Assembly (NCBI GenBank): GCA_900319305.1 | Contig: ONNY01000010.1 | Span: 16,391-80,390 of the forward strand | DNA from: an uncultured Prevotella sp. | Lineage (GTDB): Bacteria; Bacteroidota; Bacteroidia; Bacteroidales; Bacteroidaceae | Length of the DNA: 64,000 nucleotides | Direction of reading: 5' to 3' | Shown: piece by piece, positions 38,077-48,692 of the stretch | How positions within the stretch are numbered: position 1 is the stretch's first letter | Layout: each line of letters starts with the position of its first letter | The notes under the pieces: model-generated | The model's input: the letters and a program-made list of their open reading frames with translations, nothing else | What the model was told of the DNA's origin: nothing | The model's database searches: none | Position numbers and translations under genes: made by a program

Positions 38077-39726
38077 ATGCTAAAGAGACTATATATTAAG
38101 AACTTCACCCTTATTGACGAACTCGATATCGACTTCTATCAGGGATTCTCTGTCATCACCGGCGAGACTGGTGCGGGCAAGAGCATCATCTTAGGGGCTA
38201 TCGGACTCCTGTTAGGTCAGCGTGCCGACTCCAAGGTCATCAAGGATAAGTGTGTCATCGAGGCTCACTTCGATATTTCACGCTATGGTATGGAGACTTT
38301 CTTTACCGAGAATGATATCGAATACGATCCCACTGACTGTATCATCCGTCGTGAACTGACAAGTGCAGGCAAGAGTCGTGCTTTTATCAACGATACACCT
38401 GTACAACTGGTTTTGTTAAAGGAACTTGGAGAACAACTCATTGATATTCATTCCCAACACCAGAATCTCCTGTTGAATAAGCAGGACTTCCAACTCAGTG
38501 TGGTGGATATCATCGCTGACAACGCCAAACCTCTCACCCAATACCAGCAGACCTACAGCAACTATCTGTCTGTCAGTAAGGAACTAGAATCATTGCGCGA
38601 AGCCATTGACAATAATCGTCAGAACCAGGATTTCCTGCAGTTTCAATATGAAGAACTGACAAATGCGAACCTCGTGGAAGACGAACAGGAAGAACTGGAA
38701 CAGAAGAGTGATACGATGAGTCACGCAGAGGAAATCAAAAGTGCTCTATACGAAGCAGACAATGCGCTCTCTGCTGATGAGACAGGCATCGTCAGTGCCC
38801 TTCGTACTGCCCGTACGGCTTTGAGTGGTATCCAGTGGGTATTCCCCGATGCCAGCGAACTGGCACAGCGCCTTGAAAGCAGTTATATCGAATTGAAGGA
38901 TATCTCTGAGGAGATTTCTAATCAATTGGAACGTGTTGACTTCGATCCTGCGGAACTCGATGCGATCAATAACCGTCTGGATCGTCTTTATGATCTGGAG
39001 AAGAAATATCACGTTGAGAACGTCTCTGAACTAATCGCCAAGCGCGAAGAACTCAAATCCCAGTTGAATAACATAGAGAATAGTGACGAGGCTCTTGCTG
39101 CACTCCAGCAACGTCTTTCTAATCTTCAGACACAAGCGAAGAAAGAGGCTGATATCCTGACCAAACGTCGTCAGAAGGCAGCACAGCAGATTGAGAAAGA
39201 GATGCAATCACGTCTCGTTCCCTTAGGCATGCCCAATGTCCGTTTCAGTATTCAGATTACTGAAGATACACTCGGACGCACAGGTCAGGATAAGGTTGCC
39301 TTCCTCTTCAGTGCCAACACCTCCACCCCACTCCAACCTGTCTCTCAGGTGGCCTCTGGTGGTGAGATTGCCCGTGTCATGCTCTCGCTGAAAGCCATGA
39401 TCAGTGGGGCTGTCAAACTCCCCACCATCATCTTCGACGAGATCGATACGGGAGTCAGCGGAAAGATTGCCGAGAAGATGGCAGAGATCATGCAGGAGAT
39501 GGGACGACATGAGCGTCAGGTCATCAGCATTACCCATCTGCCGCAGATTGCCGCCCTCGGCACCACGCACTATAAAGTAGAGAAGGAAGAGACAGTCCAA
39601 GGCACCATCAGTCGTATGACAGAGTTGTCTTCCGAAGAACGCATCCGTGAGATTGCCCAGATGCTCTCTGGTAGTGATATCTCCGATGCAGCCATCCAAA
39701 ACGCAAAAGAATTATTACGTATATGA
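38077..39726 (+). CDS. recN: DNA repair protein RecN
   Basis: TGETGAGKS, ASGGE..R, FDEID.G, ITHLPQIA. Confidence 0.97.
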   Translation: MLKRLYIKNFTLIDELDIDFYQGFSVITGETGAGKSIILGAIGLLLGQRADSKVIKDKCVIEAHFDISRYGMETFFTENDIEYDPTDCIIRRELTSAGKSRAFINDTPVQLVLLKELGEQLIDIHSQHQNLLLNKQDFQLSVVDIIADNAKPLTQYQQTYSNYLSVSKELESLREAIDNNRQNQDFLQFQYEELTNANLVEDEQEELEQKSDTMSHAEEIKSALYEADNALSADETGIVSALRTARTALSGIQWVFPDASELAQRLESSYIELKDISEEISNQLERVDFDPAELDAINNRLDRLYDLEKKYHVENVSELIAKREELKSQLNNIENSDEALAALQQRLSNLQTQAKKEADILTKRRQKAAQQIEKEMQSRLVPLGMPNVRFSIQITEDTLGRTGQDKVAFLFSANTSTPLQPVSQVASGGEIARVMLSLKAMISGAVKLPTIIFDEIDTGVSGKIAEKMAEIMQEMGRHERQVISITHLPQIAALGTTHYKVEKEETVQGTISRMTELSSEERIREIAQMLSGSDISDAAIQNAKELLRI

Positions 39727-41387
39727 AGAAAATCAGTATCATAGGCTGTCTGCTCTTTGCAGTAGTCAGTACTTTCGCCCAGCCAGGCTGGGTGAAAAAT
39801 GCCTCCCGTTCAGTGTTCACCCTGAAGACCTTTGCTGCCGACGGTTCTCTGATAGCCAGCAGCAACGGATTCTTCACAGGTACCAATGGCGAGGCCGTCA
39901 GTAACTTCACGCCCTTCAAGGGAGCAGCCCGTGCGGTGGTTATCGATGCCCAGGGAAAAGAACTGCAAGTCGCAGGCATCCTGGGAGCCAACGATATGTA
40001 TGATGTGGTGAAATTTCGGGTCAGCAATGCCAAGACGCAACCTCTTCCCATCAGTTCTGCTATTGCACCTGTGGGTAGCGTGGCTTATCTGCTTCCCTAT
40101 CATGAGGTGAAAGCCGTAAAGAGTGGTCCTGTGCGCAAGGCAGAGACCTTCCAAGGCAACAATCCCTACTACACCGTCGCCCTTTCCATGGGTGAGAATC
40201 AGGTCAGTTGTCCTTTATTGAATGCCTCTGGACAGGTCATCGGTATGATGCAGCAGCCAGCCGTCCTCGGGGATAGTCTGAGTTATGCCGTCAGCGCCAG
40301 TTTTGCCGACTCCCTGAAGATCACAGGTCTTACATTCAATAACGAGACACTCCGACTCACACAAGTAAAGAAACTTCTGCCTACAGATATCAAAGAGGCT
40401 ACACTTGTACTTTATTTCGCTGGTTCACAGGTTGACTCTGCCCAGTATGTATCACTTATCCGCGATTTCATCCAGCAGTTCCCCAATGCACCTGAAGGTT
40501 ATATGTACAGAGCCCAGCAGGAAACGCTCGCAGGTGACTTCTCTGGTGCTGAACATGACATGGAACAGGCACTGAAGTTGGCCAACCCCAAGGACGATGC
40601 ACACTTCAACTACGCCCGTATGATCTATAATAAGGAGATCTTTCAGAGTGCACAGCCTTATGCCGGTTGGAGTCTTGAAAAGGCTTTGCAACAGATACAG
40701 GCAGCCAATGCGCTCAATGCCCAGCCTACCTACCGACAGTTGGAGGCTAATATCCGCTTTGCGATGAAACAGTATCAAGAGGCCTATGACATTTACCAGG
40801 GACTGCTATCCACCAACCTGCGTAGTGCCGAAATTTCCTTCGCTGCCGCCCGTTGCAAGGAGATGCAGAAAGATACAACGGCGATGCTCGCACTCATGGA
40901 CAGTACCATCGCAATGTTCAGTCGTCCTTATCTGAAAGAGATTGCTCCCTACCTCTGGGCGCGTGCAGAGGCGCGTCGTAATGCCGGACTTTATCGTGAT
41001 GCCGTCAGTGACATGAATGAGTATGAGACACTTATGACAGCCACTGTCAACGACAACTTCTACTATATCCGTCATCAGGTGGAGATCCAGGGACGCCTCT
41101 ATCAACAGGCACTCAACGATATTAACCGTGCTATCCAAATGAATCCCAATGAGATTCTCTACTATGCTGAGAAAGCCTCGCTTGAGATTCGTGTAGGACT
41201 CTACGACCAGGCTATTGCCACTGCCAAGGAGTGTATCGCCCTCGATCCTTCCAATAGCGACGGTCATCTTTTCCTCGGACTTGGGCAATGCCTGAAAGGA
41301 CAGAAAAAAGAAGGTATAGAGAATCTCCGCAAAGCCAAAGAGCTCGGTGACACCCAAGCAGATGCTTTAATAGAGAAATATAAATAA
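39723..41387 (+). CDS. Exported trypsin-like (degenerate) domain + TPR protein
   Basis: Signal peptide, trypsin-like N-domain (GFF...G, CPLLN..GQVIG), C-terminal TPR repeats. Confidence 0.8.
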   Translation: MKKISIIGCLLFAVVSTFAQPGWVKNASRSVFTLKTFAADGSLIASSNGFFTGTNGEAVSNFTPFKGAARAVVIDAQGKELQVAGILGANDMYDVVKFRVSNAKTQPLPISSAIAPVGSVAYLLPYHEVKAVKSGPVRKAETFQGNNPYYTVALSMGENQVSCPLLNASGQVIGMMQQPAVLGDSLSYAVSASFADSLKITGLTFNNETLRLTQVKKLLPTDIKEATLVLYFAGSQVDSAQYVSLIRDFIQQFPNAPEGYMYRAQQETLAGDFSGAEHDMEQALKLANPKDDAHFNYARMIYNKEIFQSAQPYAGWSLEKALQQIQAANALNAQPTYRQLEANIRFAMKQYQEAYDIYQGLLSTNLRSAEISFAAARCKEMQKDTTAMLALMDSTIAMFSRPYLKEIAPYLWARAEARRNAGLYRDAVSDMNEYETLMTATVNDNFYYIRHQVEIQGRLYQQALNDINRAIQMNPNEILYYAEKASLEIRVGLYDQAIATAKECIALDPSNSDGHLFLGLGQCLKGQKKEGIENLRKAKELGDTQADALIEKYK

Positions 41388-41393
41388 AACAAG

Positions 41394-41417
41394 AATCCCC
41401 GCCATTCAGCGGGGATT
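41394..41417. terminator. Bidirectional terminator
   Basis: AATCCCCGC-cattca-GCGGGGATT between convergent genes. Confidence 0.75.
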
Positions 41418-41424
41418 TATTGAT

Positions 41425-42990
41425 TTAGAACGGTAGCGGTCCGTTACTGTCAGGCGGTGGTATCGGGGCACCTCCGCCAAACGGATCATAACCCTCTGGC
41501 ATATCAGGCGGTGTGTTGTTATTACCGTTCACCTTTGATCCAAGGATTTCTCCGCCACCCATCGGTGCACGATTACCAAGGTTCTTGTCCTCAGGATTCT
41601 CAAAACGAGTATATTCGCCTCGGAAGGTCAGCAGCACATCACCCGTCGCACCCTTACGGTGTTTGGCAATGATGATCTGAGCCATACCGTGCAAGTCTCT
41701 GCCGTTATCATCCTGATAGATATGATAATACTCCGGACGATGCACGAAGATCACCATATCCGCATCCTGCTCGATGGCTCCCGACTCACGCAGGTCTGAC
41801 AGTTGTGGACGCTTACCTTCCAGTCCTTCACGACTCTCCACACCACGGTTCAACTGACTCAGGGCCAAGATAGGGATATCCAACTCCTTCGCCAGACCTT
41901 TCAAAGAACGGGAAATCGTTGACACCTCTTCCTGACGAGACGAAAAACGCATGCCGTTGGCATTCATCAACTGCAGATAATCGATCATAATCAATTTTAC
42001 ACCGTGTTCCCTCACTAGTCGGCGGGCTTTGGTTCTCAGTTCAAACACCGAGAGACCTGGTGTATCGTCAATATATAACGGCGCACCCAACAGGTTGTTG
42101 ATGCGCTTATCCAGACGTTCCCATTCGTCACGTTGCAACTGTCCGTTCAGGATCTTCGAACCTTGAATCTCACAGGCATTCGAGATGAGACGGTTCACCA
42201 ACTGAACATTCGACATTTCAAGTGAGAAGAATGCCATCGGCACCTTCAAGTCTGCAGCAATGTTTTTCGCCATCGAGAGTGCGAACGAAGTCTTACCCAT
42301 CGCAGGACGTCCTGCAATAATCACCAGGTCAGAAGCCTGCCAACCACTGGTGATATCATCGAGTTTATAATAGCCCGTCGAGACACCCGTCAGTCCGTCG
42401 GTATTCTTGGCAGCATTCTGGATCGTCTTCACAGCTTGGGCAATCACTGGGTCGATAGCCGTGTAATCCTTCTTCATGTTACGCTGTGACAGTTCGAAGA
42501 GTGATCCCTCAGCCTCCTGCATCAGATCCTCTACATCGATGGTCTCGTCGAAGGCTTTTGTCTCAATCACACTGGCAAACTGGATAAGTTGTCGTGCTAG
42601 ACTCTTTTGTGCCACGATGTTGGCATGAAACTCGATGTTTGCCGACGACGCCACCCTGGAACTCAACTCAGCCACATAGCCAGGACCACCCACTTCTTCG
42701 AGGGTTCCGTCCTTAGCCAACTGCTCAGTCACTGTAAGGATATCCACAGGACGCTCTGCCATACTTAGTTCCATGATGGCCTGATACACCATCTGGTTTC
42801 TGGGCTCATAGAAACTTTCCGGACGCAGCGTTTCGCACACCACGGCGTAGGCATCCTTGTCAATCATCAACGCACCCAGTACTGCTTTCTCTACTTCCAA
42901 TGCCTGAGGCTGCAAGTGACCGTAGGTGTTATCTACTGGTTGTGGTTTCCTTGCGCGTCTTCTGTTTGTATTATTCTCTTGTTCAGTCAT
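41425..42990 (-). CDS. dnaB: Replicative DNA helicase
   Basis: GRPAMGKT, IDYLQL, LSQLNR, DLRESGAIEQDAD, KHRKG. Confidence 0.98.
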   Translation of the reverse strand: MTEQENNTNRRRARKPQPVDNTYGHLQPQALEVEKAVLGALMIDKDAYAVVCETLRPESFYEPRNQMVYQAIMELSMAERPVDILTVTEQLAKDGTLEEVGGPGYVAELSSRVASSANIEFHANIVAQKSLARQLIQFASVIETKAFDETIDVEDLMQEAEGSLFELSQRNMKKDYTAIDPVIAQAVKTIQNAAKNTDGLTGVSTGYYKLDDITSGWQASDLVIIAGRPAMGKTSFALSMAKNIAADLKVPMAFFSLEMSNVQLVNRLISNACEIQGSKILNGQLQRDEWERLDKRINNLLGAPLYIDDTPGLSVFELRTKARRLVREHGVKLIMIDYLQLMNANGMRFSSRQEEVSTISRSLKGLAKELDIPILALSQLNRGVESREGLEGKRPQLSDLRESGAIEQDADMVIFVHRPEYYHIYQDDNGRDLHGMAQIIIAKHRKGATGDVLLTFRGEYTRFENPEDKNLGNRAPMGGGEILGSKVNGNNNTPPDMPEGYDPFGGGAPIPPPDSNGPLPF

Positions 42991-43621
42991 TTATTTTATT
43001 TTGTTCTTTAATTTCTTTTAGGATCGGTAATGAGATGTGATATCTCACGGCGAGGAACCTGATCAAACAAGTTACCACGAAACTCACGATAGCACTCAAC
43101 TCCGAAGACAGTCCCAGATTGATGAGTCCCCAATACACGAGACCGCCTAACACGCATGCCATCGCATAGATCTCCTTATGGAAGATTACGGGTTCATTGT
43201 TCAGCAGCACATCACGGATCACACCACCAGCCGAACCTGTGATACACCCCATGATGATGGCTACCCAGAACGGTTGTCCGAAGGCGATGCTTTTCTGAAT
43301 ACCGGCTATCGTAAACAATGCAAGACCCAGTGTATCGAACACGAACCACGCATTCTTCAACGGCTCCATCCAACGACCGAAAAAAGCCACTGTGAGCAGT
43401 GCCACAGCCGTACATATCAGATAAATCGGGGTCGTCATCCAGAACGGAGTCGTCCCGAGCATCACGTCTCGGATCGTACCGCCCCCGATGGCCACCGCCA
43501 CACCGCACACATAACCGCCGAACCAGTCGAACTGTTTCGCAGCCGCATGGCGGATACCTGAGATCGCAAAGGCAAACGTACCCAGCAACTCAATAATATG
43601 TATGATCATATCCTGATCCAT
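42983..43621 (-). CDS. TRIC/UPF0126 membrane protein
   Basis: FAISG, GGGTIRD, D.LGL, GG..RD. Confidence 0.9.
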   Translation of the reverse strand: MDQDMIIHIIELLGTFAFAISGIRHAAAKQFDWFGGYVCGVAVAIGGGTIRDVMLGTTPFWMTTPIYLICTAVALLTVAFFGRWMEPLKNAWFVFDTLGLALFTIAGIQKSIAFGQPFWVAIIMGCITGSAGGVIRDVLLNNEPVIFHKEIYAMACVLGGLVYWGLINLGLSSELSAIVSFVVTCLIRFLAVRYHISLPILKEIKEQNKIND

Positions 43622-44895
43622 TATTCTTCGTATCTTTTTCCCCAGTAGTTCACCATCCGCTGATACAGTTTCTCCTCCGTGGGATTATGCTGTCCGTGCC
43701 AGAATCGCTCGTTCACCAGCGCATCGGGCAGATACTGCTGTTCCGTAAAATGCCCGGGATAGTCATGGGGATATTTATAACCGTCGTGATAGCCTAACTC
43801 CTTCATCAACTGTGTAGGTGCGTTCCTGATGGGTAGTGGCACAGGTTGATTACCAGTTTCTCTCACCTTTGCCAAGGCAGCATCCACACCCAGATAAGCA
43901 CTGTTGCTCTTCGGCGAGGTGGCGAGATATACCGTAGCCTCTGCCAAGGGTATTCTGCCTTCAGGCCATCCAATCTTCATCACAGCATCAAAGGCGGCAT
44001 TCGCCAACAATAAGGCATTAGGGTTTGCCAGCCCGATATCCTCAGAAGCACTGATAATCAGACGACGGGCGATAAACTGCGGATCCTCCCCACCCTCGAT
44101 CATCCTGGCCAGCCAGTAGAGGGCGGCATCAGGATCAGAGCCTCTGATACTCTTGATAAACGCTGAGATAATGTCGTAGTGCATCTCACCCTCCTTGTCA
44201 TACGCGAGAGGATTTTGCTGCAGACGGTTCTCCACCATCTCGTCGGTGATCACCACAGCACCCTCTGGTTCGGCTTCCACCACGAGTTCCAGGATATTCA
44301 GCAACTTCCTGGCGTCACCACCACTGTAGCGCAATAAGGCTCCCGTCTCTTTCAACTCAATCTCCCGTTCTTTCAAGATGTTGTCTGTATGAATAGCCCT
44401 ATCGAGCAGTTTCAGCAGATCCTCTTTTTCCAACGACTTCAAGACATAGAGTTGACAGCGCGAGAGTAACGGACGAATCACCTCAAACGACGGATTCTCA
44501 GTGGTAGCACCGATCAGTGTCACAATTCCCTTCTCTACAGCCCCTAACAGCGAATCCTGCTGTGACTTCGAGAAACGGTGGATCTCGTCAATAAATAAAA
44601 TAGGTGAAGCCTCGTTAAAGAATCGCGTCTTCTGCGCCTTCTCAATAACATCCCTAACATCCTTCACGCCACTGGTCACTGCCGACAGCGTATAGAAGGG
44701 GGTCTCAAGCCTGTTGGCGATAATCAGCGCCAAGGTGGTCTTACCCACGCCAGGAGGTCCCCAGAGTATAAACGACGAAATCCGCCCTGCTTCGATCATC
44801 TTTCGCAGGACGGCCCCCTCGCCTACCAGATGTTGCTGTCCGATGTAATCGTCGAGCGTGCGAGGCCTGAGTCTTTCAGCCAACGGTTGAGCCAT
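43621..44895 (-). CDS. rarA: Replication-associated recombination protein A
   Basis: [36 protein letters not shown]. Confidence 0.95.
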   Translation of the reverse strand: MAQPLAERLRPRTLDDYIGQQHLVGEGAVLRKMIEAGRISSFILWGPPGVGKTTLALIIANRLETPFYTLSAVTSGVKDVRDVIEKAQKTRFFNEASPILFIDEIHRFSKSQQDSLLGAVEKGIVTLIGATTENPSFEVIRPLLSRCQLYVLKSLEKEDLLKLLDRAIHTDNILKEREIELKETGALLRYSGGDARKLLNILELVVEAEPEGAVVITDEMVENRLQQNPLAYDKEGEMHYDIISAFIKSIRGSDPDAALYWLARMIEGGEDPQFIARRLIISASEDIGLANPNALLLANAAFDAVMKIGWPEGRIPLAEATVYLATSPKSNSAYLGVDAALAKVRETGNQPVPLPIRNAPTQLMKELGYHDGYKYPHDYPGHFTEQQYLPDALVNERFWHGQHNPTEEKLYQRMVNYWGKRYEE

Positions 44896-45022
44896 ATTTT
44901 GCTGCAAAATTACGAATAAGTCGGCGAAAAACCAAATTTATTTCAATTATTAAAAAAAATATTGCCCAAAAACTTGCTAATAAAAAATAAAGTGGTTACA
45001 TTTGCAGAAAATTTGTAATATT

Positions 45023-45801
45023 ATGGCAAGAACGAAACAACAACGGACATTCAGGAAAACGATGTGTTCCGTATGTGGGAGGCCGCTACGAAAGACGCAG
45101 AAGTAAAAGAGAACATCCAACATTATCTTGACATCTTTAAGAGTGCTTTCCTGATCGAAGAGATCAAGGACGAGGCCCCTGCTGTCAGGAAGGGCTACGA
45201 GAAGCGTGGCTATAAGGTCATGGATATCAAGTTCGACGAGAACCTGAAATTCCTCTGGGCTATCAAGAAGCGCCCGATTACACGTGTCACCGACCTTTCT
45301 TATGAGAATATCCGTCATATCTCCGCAGCCAAACTGTTGGAGGTCATCGATCGCAACTTCGGTGGCGGTTGGGATTCCCTGTCACAATCTATCCAGGATA
45401 TTATCCTCAGCGGCTTCGACATCTCCACTACGACACTTCCCAAGGACCGTCTCCATAAGAAGGGCGGCATGTATGAGAAGAAAGTTGATGATGGCTTTGA
45501 TGTGCTCGAAGTGTCTAAAGGCGGTTGGGTAGAGGCTATCTTTGCCAAACTCAAGCCCGAGGAAGAGAAGATCAAGATGAAGTTTTCTGATAAGGATGAC
45601 GAAGACAAGGAAGATATCGACGACGACAATGAGGACTACGAGGTAGAAGACAACTACAGTTCTCACGACGAGGAAGATGAGGACGTTCAGGATCCCAACG
45701 ACGATGAGATCACCGAGGACAACTACTCCACGATGATGGATTTGGGTTCAGAAGATCCCGACGATGAAGCAGCCAATATGCTCGACTACGTAGAGGAATA
45801 A
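45023..45801 (+). CDS. Hypothetical protein with acidic C-terminus; apparent 1-nt frameshift after codon 5
   Basis: TACATTTG box at 44997. ATG 45023 is out of frame with the long ORF (45064-45801); one extra A at 45035-45037 fuses them. Confidence 0.7.
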
Positions 45802-45842
45802 CCAATTATCCAATAACAATAAACTCTTAAAAAGCCCCTGTA

Positions 45843-48032
45843 ATGATTAACATTCCCGCAGTATTCTGGCTCGTGCCCGTAGCATCGCTCGTGGCACTGA
45901 GCATGGCGTGGTTCTTCTTCCGCCAGATGATGGCAGCCGATGAAGGTACGCCCCGTATGAAAGAGATTGCACTCTATGTGCGTAAAGGTGCTATGGCCTA
46001 CCTGAAACAGCAGTATAAGGTGGTCTGCATCGTGTTCTTGGTGCTCTGTGCCCTCTTTGCTTTTATGGCCTATGGTCTGAACGTACAGAACCCTTGGGTG
46101 CCCTTTGCCTTCCTCACCGGTGGTTTCTTCTCCGGTCTGGCTGGTTTCTTCGGCATGAAGACCGCCACCTATGCTTCTGCCCGTACGGCGAATGCTGCGC
46201 GTGAGAGTCTGAATGCCGGTCTGAAAATCGCCTTCCGTTCTGGTGCCGTCATGGGACTCACAGTGGTAGGTCTTGGTCTGTTAGACATTGCCATCTGGTT
46301 TATTGTTCTGAACCACTTCGATGCAGATGGACTCATCTCTATTACAACCACCATGCTGACCTTCGGTATGGGTGCTTCTACACAGGCTCTCTTCGCCCGT
46401 GTGGGTGGTGGTATCTACACGAAGGCTGCCGACGTAGGTGCCGACATTGTGGGTAAGGTTGAAGCCGACATCCCCGAAGACGATCCCCGCAATCCCGCAA
46501 CTATTGCCGATAATGTCGGTGATAACGTGGGCGATGTGGCTGGTATGGGTGCCGACCTCTACGAGTCGTATTGCGGTTCCGTACTCTCTACCGCTGCCCT
46601 CGGTGCTGCTGCCTTCGGTGTGGCAGGTCTTGAGATCCAGTTAAAGGCTGTCATCGCCCCGATGCTCATTGCAGCCGTGGGTGTGTTCCTATCTCTCTTG
46701 GGAATCTTCCTGGTACGCACTAAGGAAGGTGCCACGATGAAGGATCTGCTTCATTCCCTCTCTGTAGGAACGAATGTCAGCGCCATTCTTATTGCTGTGG
46801 CCTCCTTCGCTATCCTCTACCTCTTAGGTATTGAGAATTGGCTCGGTCTCTCCTTCTCTGTGATCTCTGGTTTGGCTGCCGGTGTCATCATCGGACAGGC
46901 TACTGAGTACTATACCTCTCACTCTTACAAACCCACCCAGAAGATCTCTGAGGCAGGACAGACAGGTGCCGCTACGGTGATCATCAAGGGTATCGGTACG
47001 GGAATGATCTCTACCTGCATCCCTGTGATCACGATTGGTGTCGCCATCATGCTCAGTTATCTCTGTGCCAATGGCTTCGATCTCTCCATGTCGTCAGAAT
47101 CACTGTCTCATGGTCTCTATGGCATCGGTATTGCTGCCGTCGGTATGCTCTCTACACTGGGCATCACCCTCGCCACCGACGCCTACGGACCTATTGCCGA
47201 CAATGCCGGTGGTAATGCTGAGATGTGCGGACTGGGCGAAGAGGTTCGTCATCGCACCGACTCACTTGATGCACTTGGTAACACTACTGCCGCTACTGGT
47301 AAGGGCTTTGCCATCGGTTCTGCAGCCCTCACCGCCCTCGCCCTGCTTGCCTCTTATATCGAAGAGATCAAGATCGCGATGGCCCGTGCCGGACAGACCT
47401 TGACGAATGTGGCAGGCGACGTGATCTCCGCTTCCGATGCTACTATCCCCGACTTCATGAACTACTTCCAGATCAACCTTATGAACCCGCGCGTGATTGT
47501 TGGAGCTTTCATTGGTGCCATGGCTGCCTTCCTGTTCTGTGGTATGACGATGGAGGCTGTCGGTCGTGCAGCAGAGAAGATGGTACAAGAGGTGCGCCGT
47601 CAGTTCCATGAGATTGCCGGTATCCTCGAAGGTACAGGCACACCTGACTACGGTCGTTGTGTGGAAATCTCTACTCGTGCTGCCCAGCACGAGATGATCG
47701 TGCCCTCTATCCTCGCCATCCTCATCCCCATCATCGTGGGTATCGTCCTCGGTGTGGCTGGTGTCCTCGGACTGCTCGTAGGTGGTCTGGCTGGTGGTTT
47801 CACCCTCGCTGTCTTTATGGCAAATGCCGGTGGTGCCTGGGATAATGCCAAGAAGAATATCGAGGAAGGCAACTTCGGCGGCAAGGGCTCGTTTGCCCAC
47901 AAAGCCTGTATCGTTGGTGATACAGTAGGTGATCCCTTCAAGGATACCTCTGGCCCTTCGCTCAACATTCTGATCAAACTCATGTCGATGGTCAGCATCG
48001 TCATGGCAGGACTCACCGTGGCCTTCTCATAA
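45843..48032 (+). CDS. hppA: Membrane K+-dependent ion-pumping pyrophosphatase
   Basis: GGIYTKAADVGAD, DNVGDNVGD, GNTTAA, GDTVGDPFKD. Confidence 0.96.
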   Translation: MINIPAVFWLVPVASLVALSMAWFFFRQMMAADEGTPRMKEIALYVRKGAMAYLKQQYKVVCIVFLVLCALFAFMAYGLNVQNPWVPFAFLTGGFFSGLAGFFGMKTATYASARTANAARESLNAGLKIAFRSGAVMGLTVVGLGLLDIAIWFIVLNHFDADGLISITTTMLTFGMGASTQALFARVGGGIYTKAADVGADIVGKVEADIPEDDPRNPATIADNVGDNVGDVAGMGADLYESYCGSVLSTAALGAAAFGVAGLEIQLKAVIAPMLIAAVGVFLSLLGIFLVRTKEGATMKDLLHSLSVGTNVSAILIAVASFAILYLLGIENWLGLSFSVISGLAAGVIIGQATEYYTSHSYKPTQKISEAGQTGAATVIIKGIGTGMISTCIPVITIGVAIMLSYLCANGFDLSMSSESLSHGLYGIGIAAVGMLSTLGITLATDAYGPIADNAGGNAEMCGLGEEVRHRTDSLDALGNTTAATGKGFAIGSAALTALALLASYIEEIKIAMARAGQTLTNVAGDVISASDATIPDFMNYFQINLMNPRVIVGAFIGAMAAFLFCGMTMEAVGRAAEKMVQEVRRQFHEIAGILEGTGTPDYGRCVEISTRAAQHEMIVPSILAILIPIIVGIVLGVAGVLGLLVGGLAGGFTLAVFMANAGGAWDNAKKNIEEGNFGGKGSFAHKACIVGDTVGDPFKDTSGPSLNILIKLMSMVSIVMAGLTVAFS

Positions 48033-48692
48033 ATGACACGTATTAAATTCCTATGTCTGATAGTCTGGCTTTGCAGTGCTTTGAGCCTGCAAGGCCAGAC
48101 ACTTTCTGAGGGATTCACCGCTCAGACCATTCCTGATAGTATCTGGCAACACATGCAGGGTCGCAGTTATCAGCCTAATCCCCATATCCAGCGCGCAGAC
48201 TTACGTTACCTCCGCGTGCTTCATTATGACTACGACGGACGTACCCATCAGGGGGAACTTGTCTGTAACAAACGCATTGCCTCCAAACTTCTTACTATTT
48301 TCCGTGAACTTTACGAGGCCCGTTACCCCATCCAACGCATCACCCTATCCGACAACTATGATGCCGACGACGAACGACAGATGCGTGCCAACAACACCAG
48401 TTGCTTCTGCTATCGTGCTGTGTCAGACACCAAACATCTATCGAAGCATGCCTACGGCTTAGCCATCGACGTCAATCCCCTTTATAACCCATACGTTCGT
48501 TATAGTAAGAAAGACGGTCATCGCATCGTTGAGCCAGCCACAGGTGTACCTTATGTTGATCGCAAGAAGGATTTCCGTTATAAGATTACGACAGAAGATC
48601 TCTGCTACAAGCTCTTCATCAAGCACGGTTTCACCTGGGGCGGCTCCTGGCGTTCCATGAAAGACTACCAGCATTTCGAATACCGCCAATAA
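48033..48692 (+). CDS. M15-family zinc D,D-/L,D-peptidase
   Basis: NTS.F.YR, S.HAYGLAIDVNP, WGG.W..KDYQHFE. Confidence 0.9.
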   Translation: MTRIKFLCLIVWLCSALSLQGQTLSEGFTAQTIPDSIWQHMQGRSYQPNPHIQRADLRYLRVLHYDYDGRTHQGELVCNKRIASKLLTIFRELYEARYPIQRITLSDNYDADDERQMRANNTSCFCYRAVSDTKHLSKHAYGLAIDVNPLYNPYVRYSKKDGHRIVEPATGVPYVDRKKDFRYKITTEDLCYKLFIKHGFTWGGSWRSMKDYQHFEYRQ

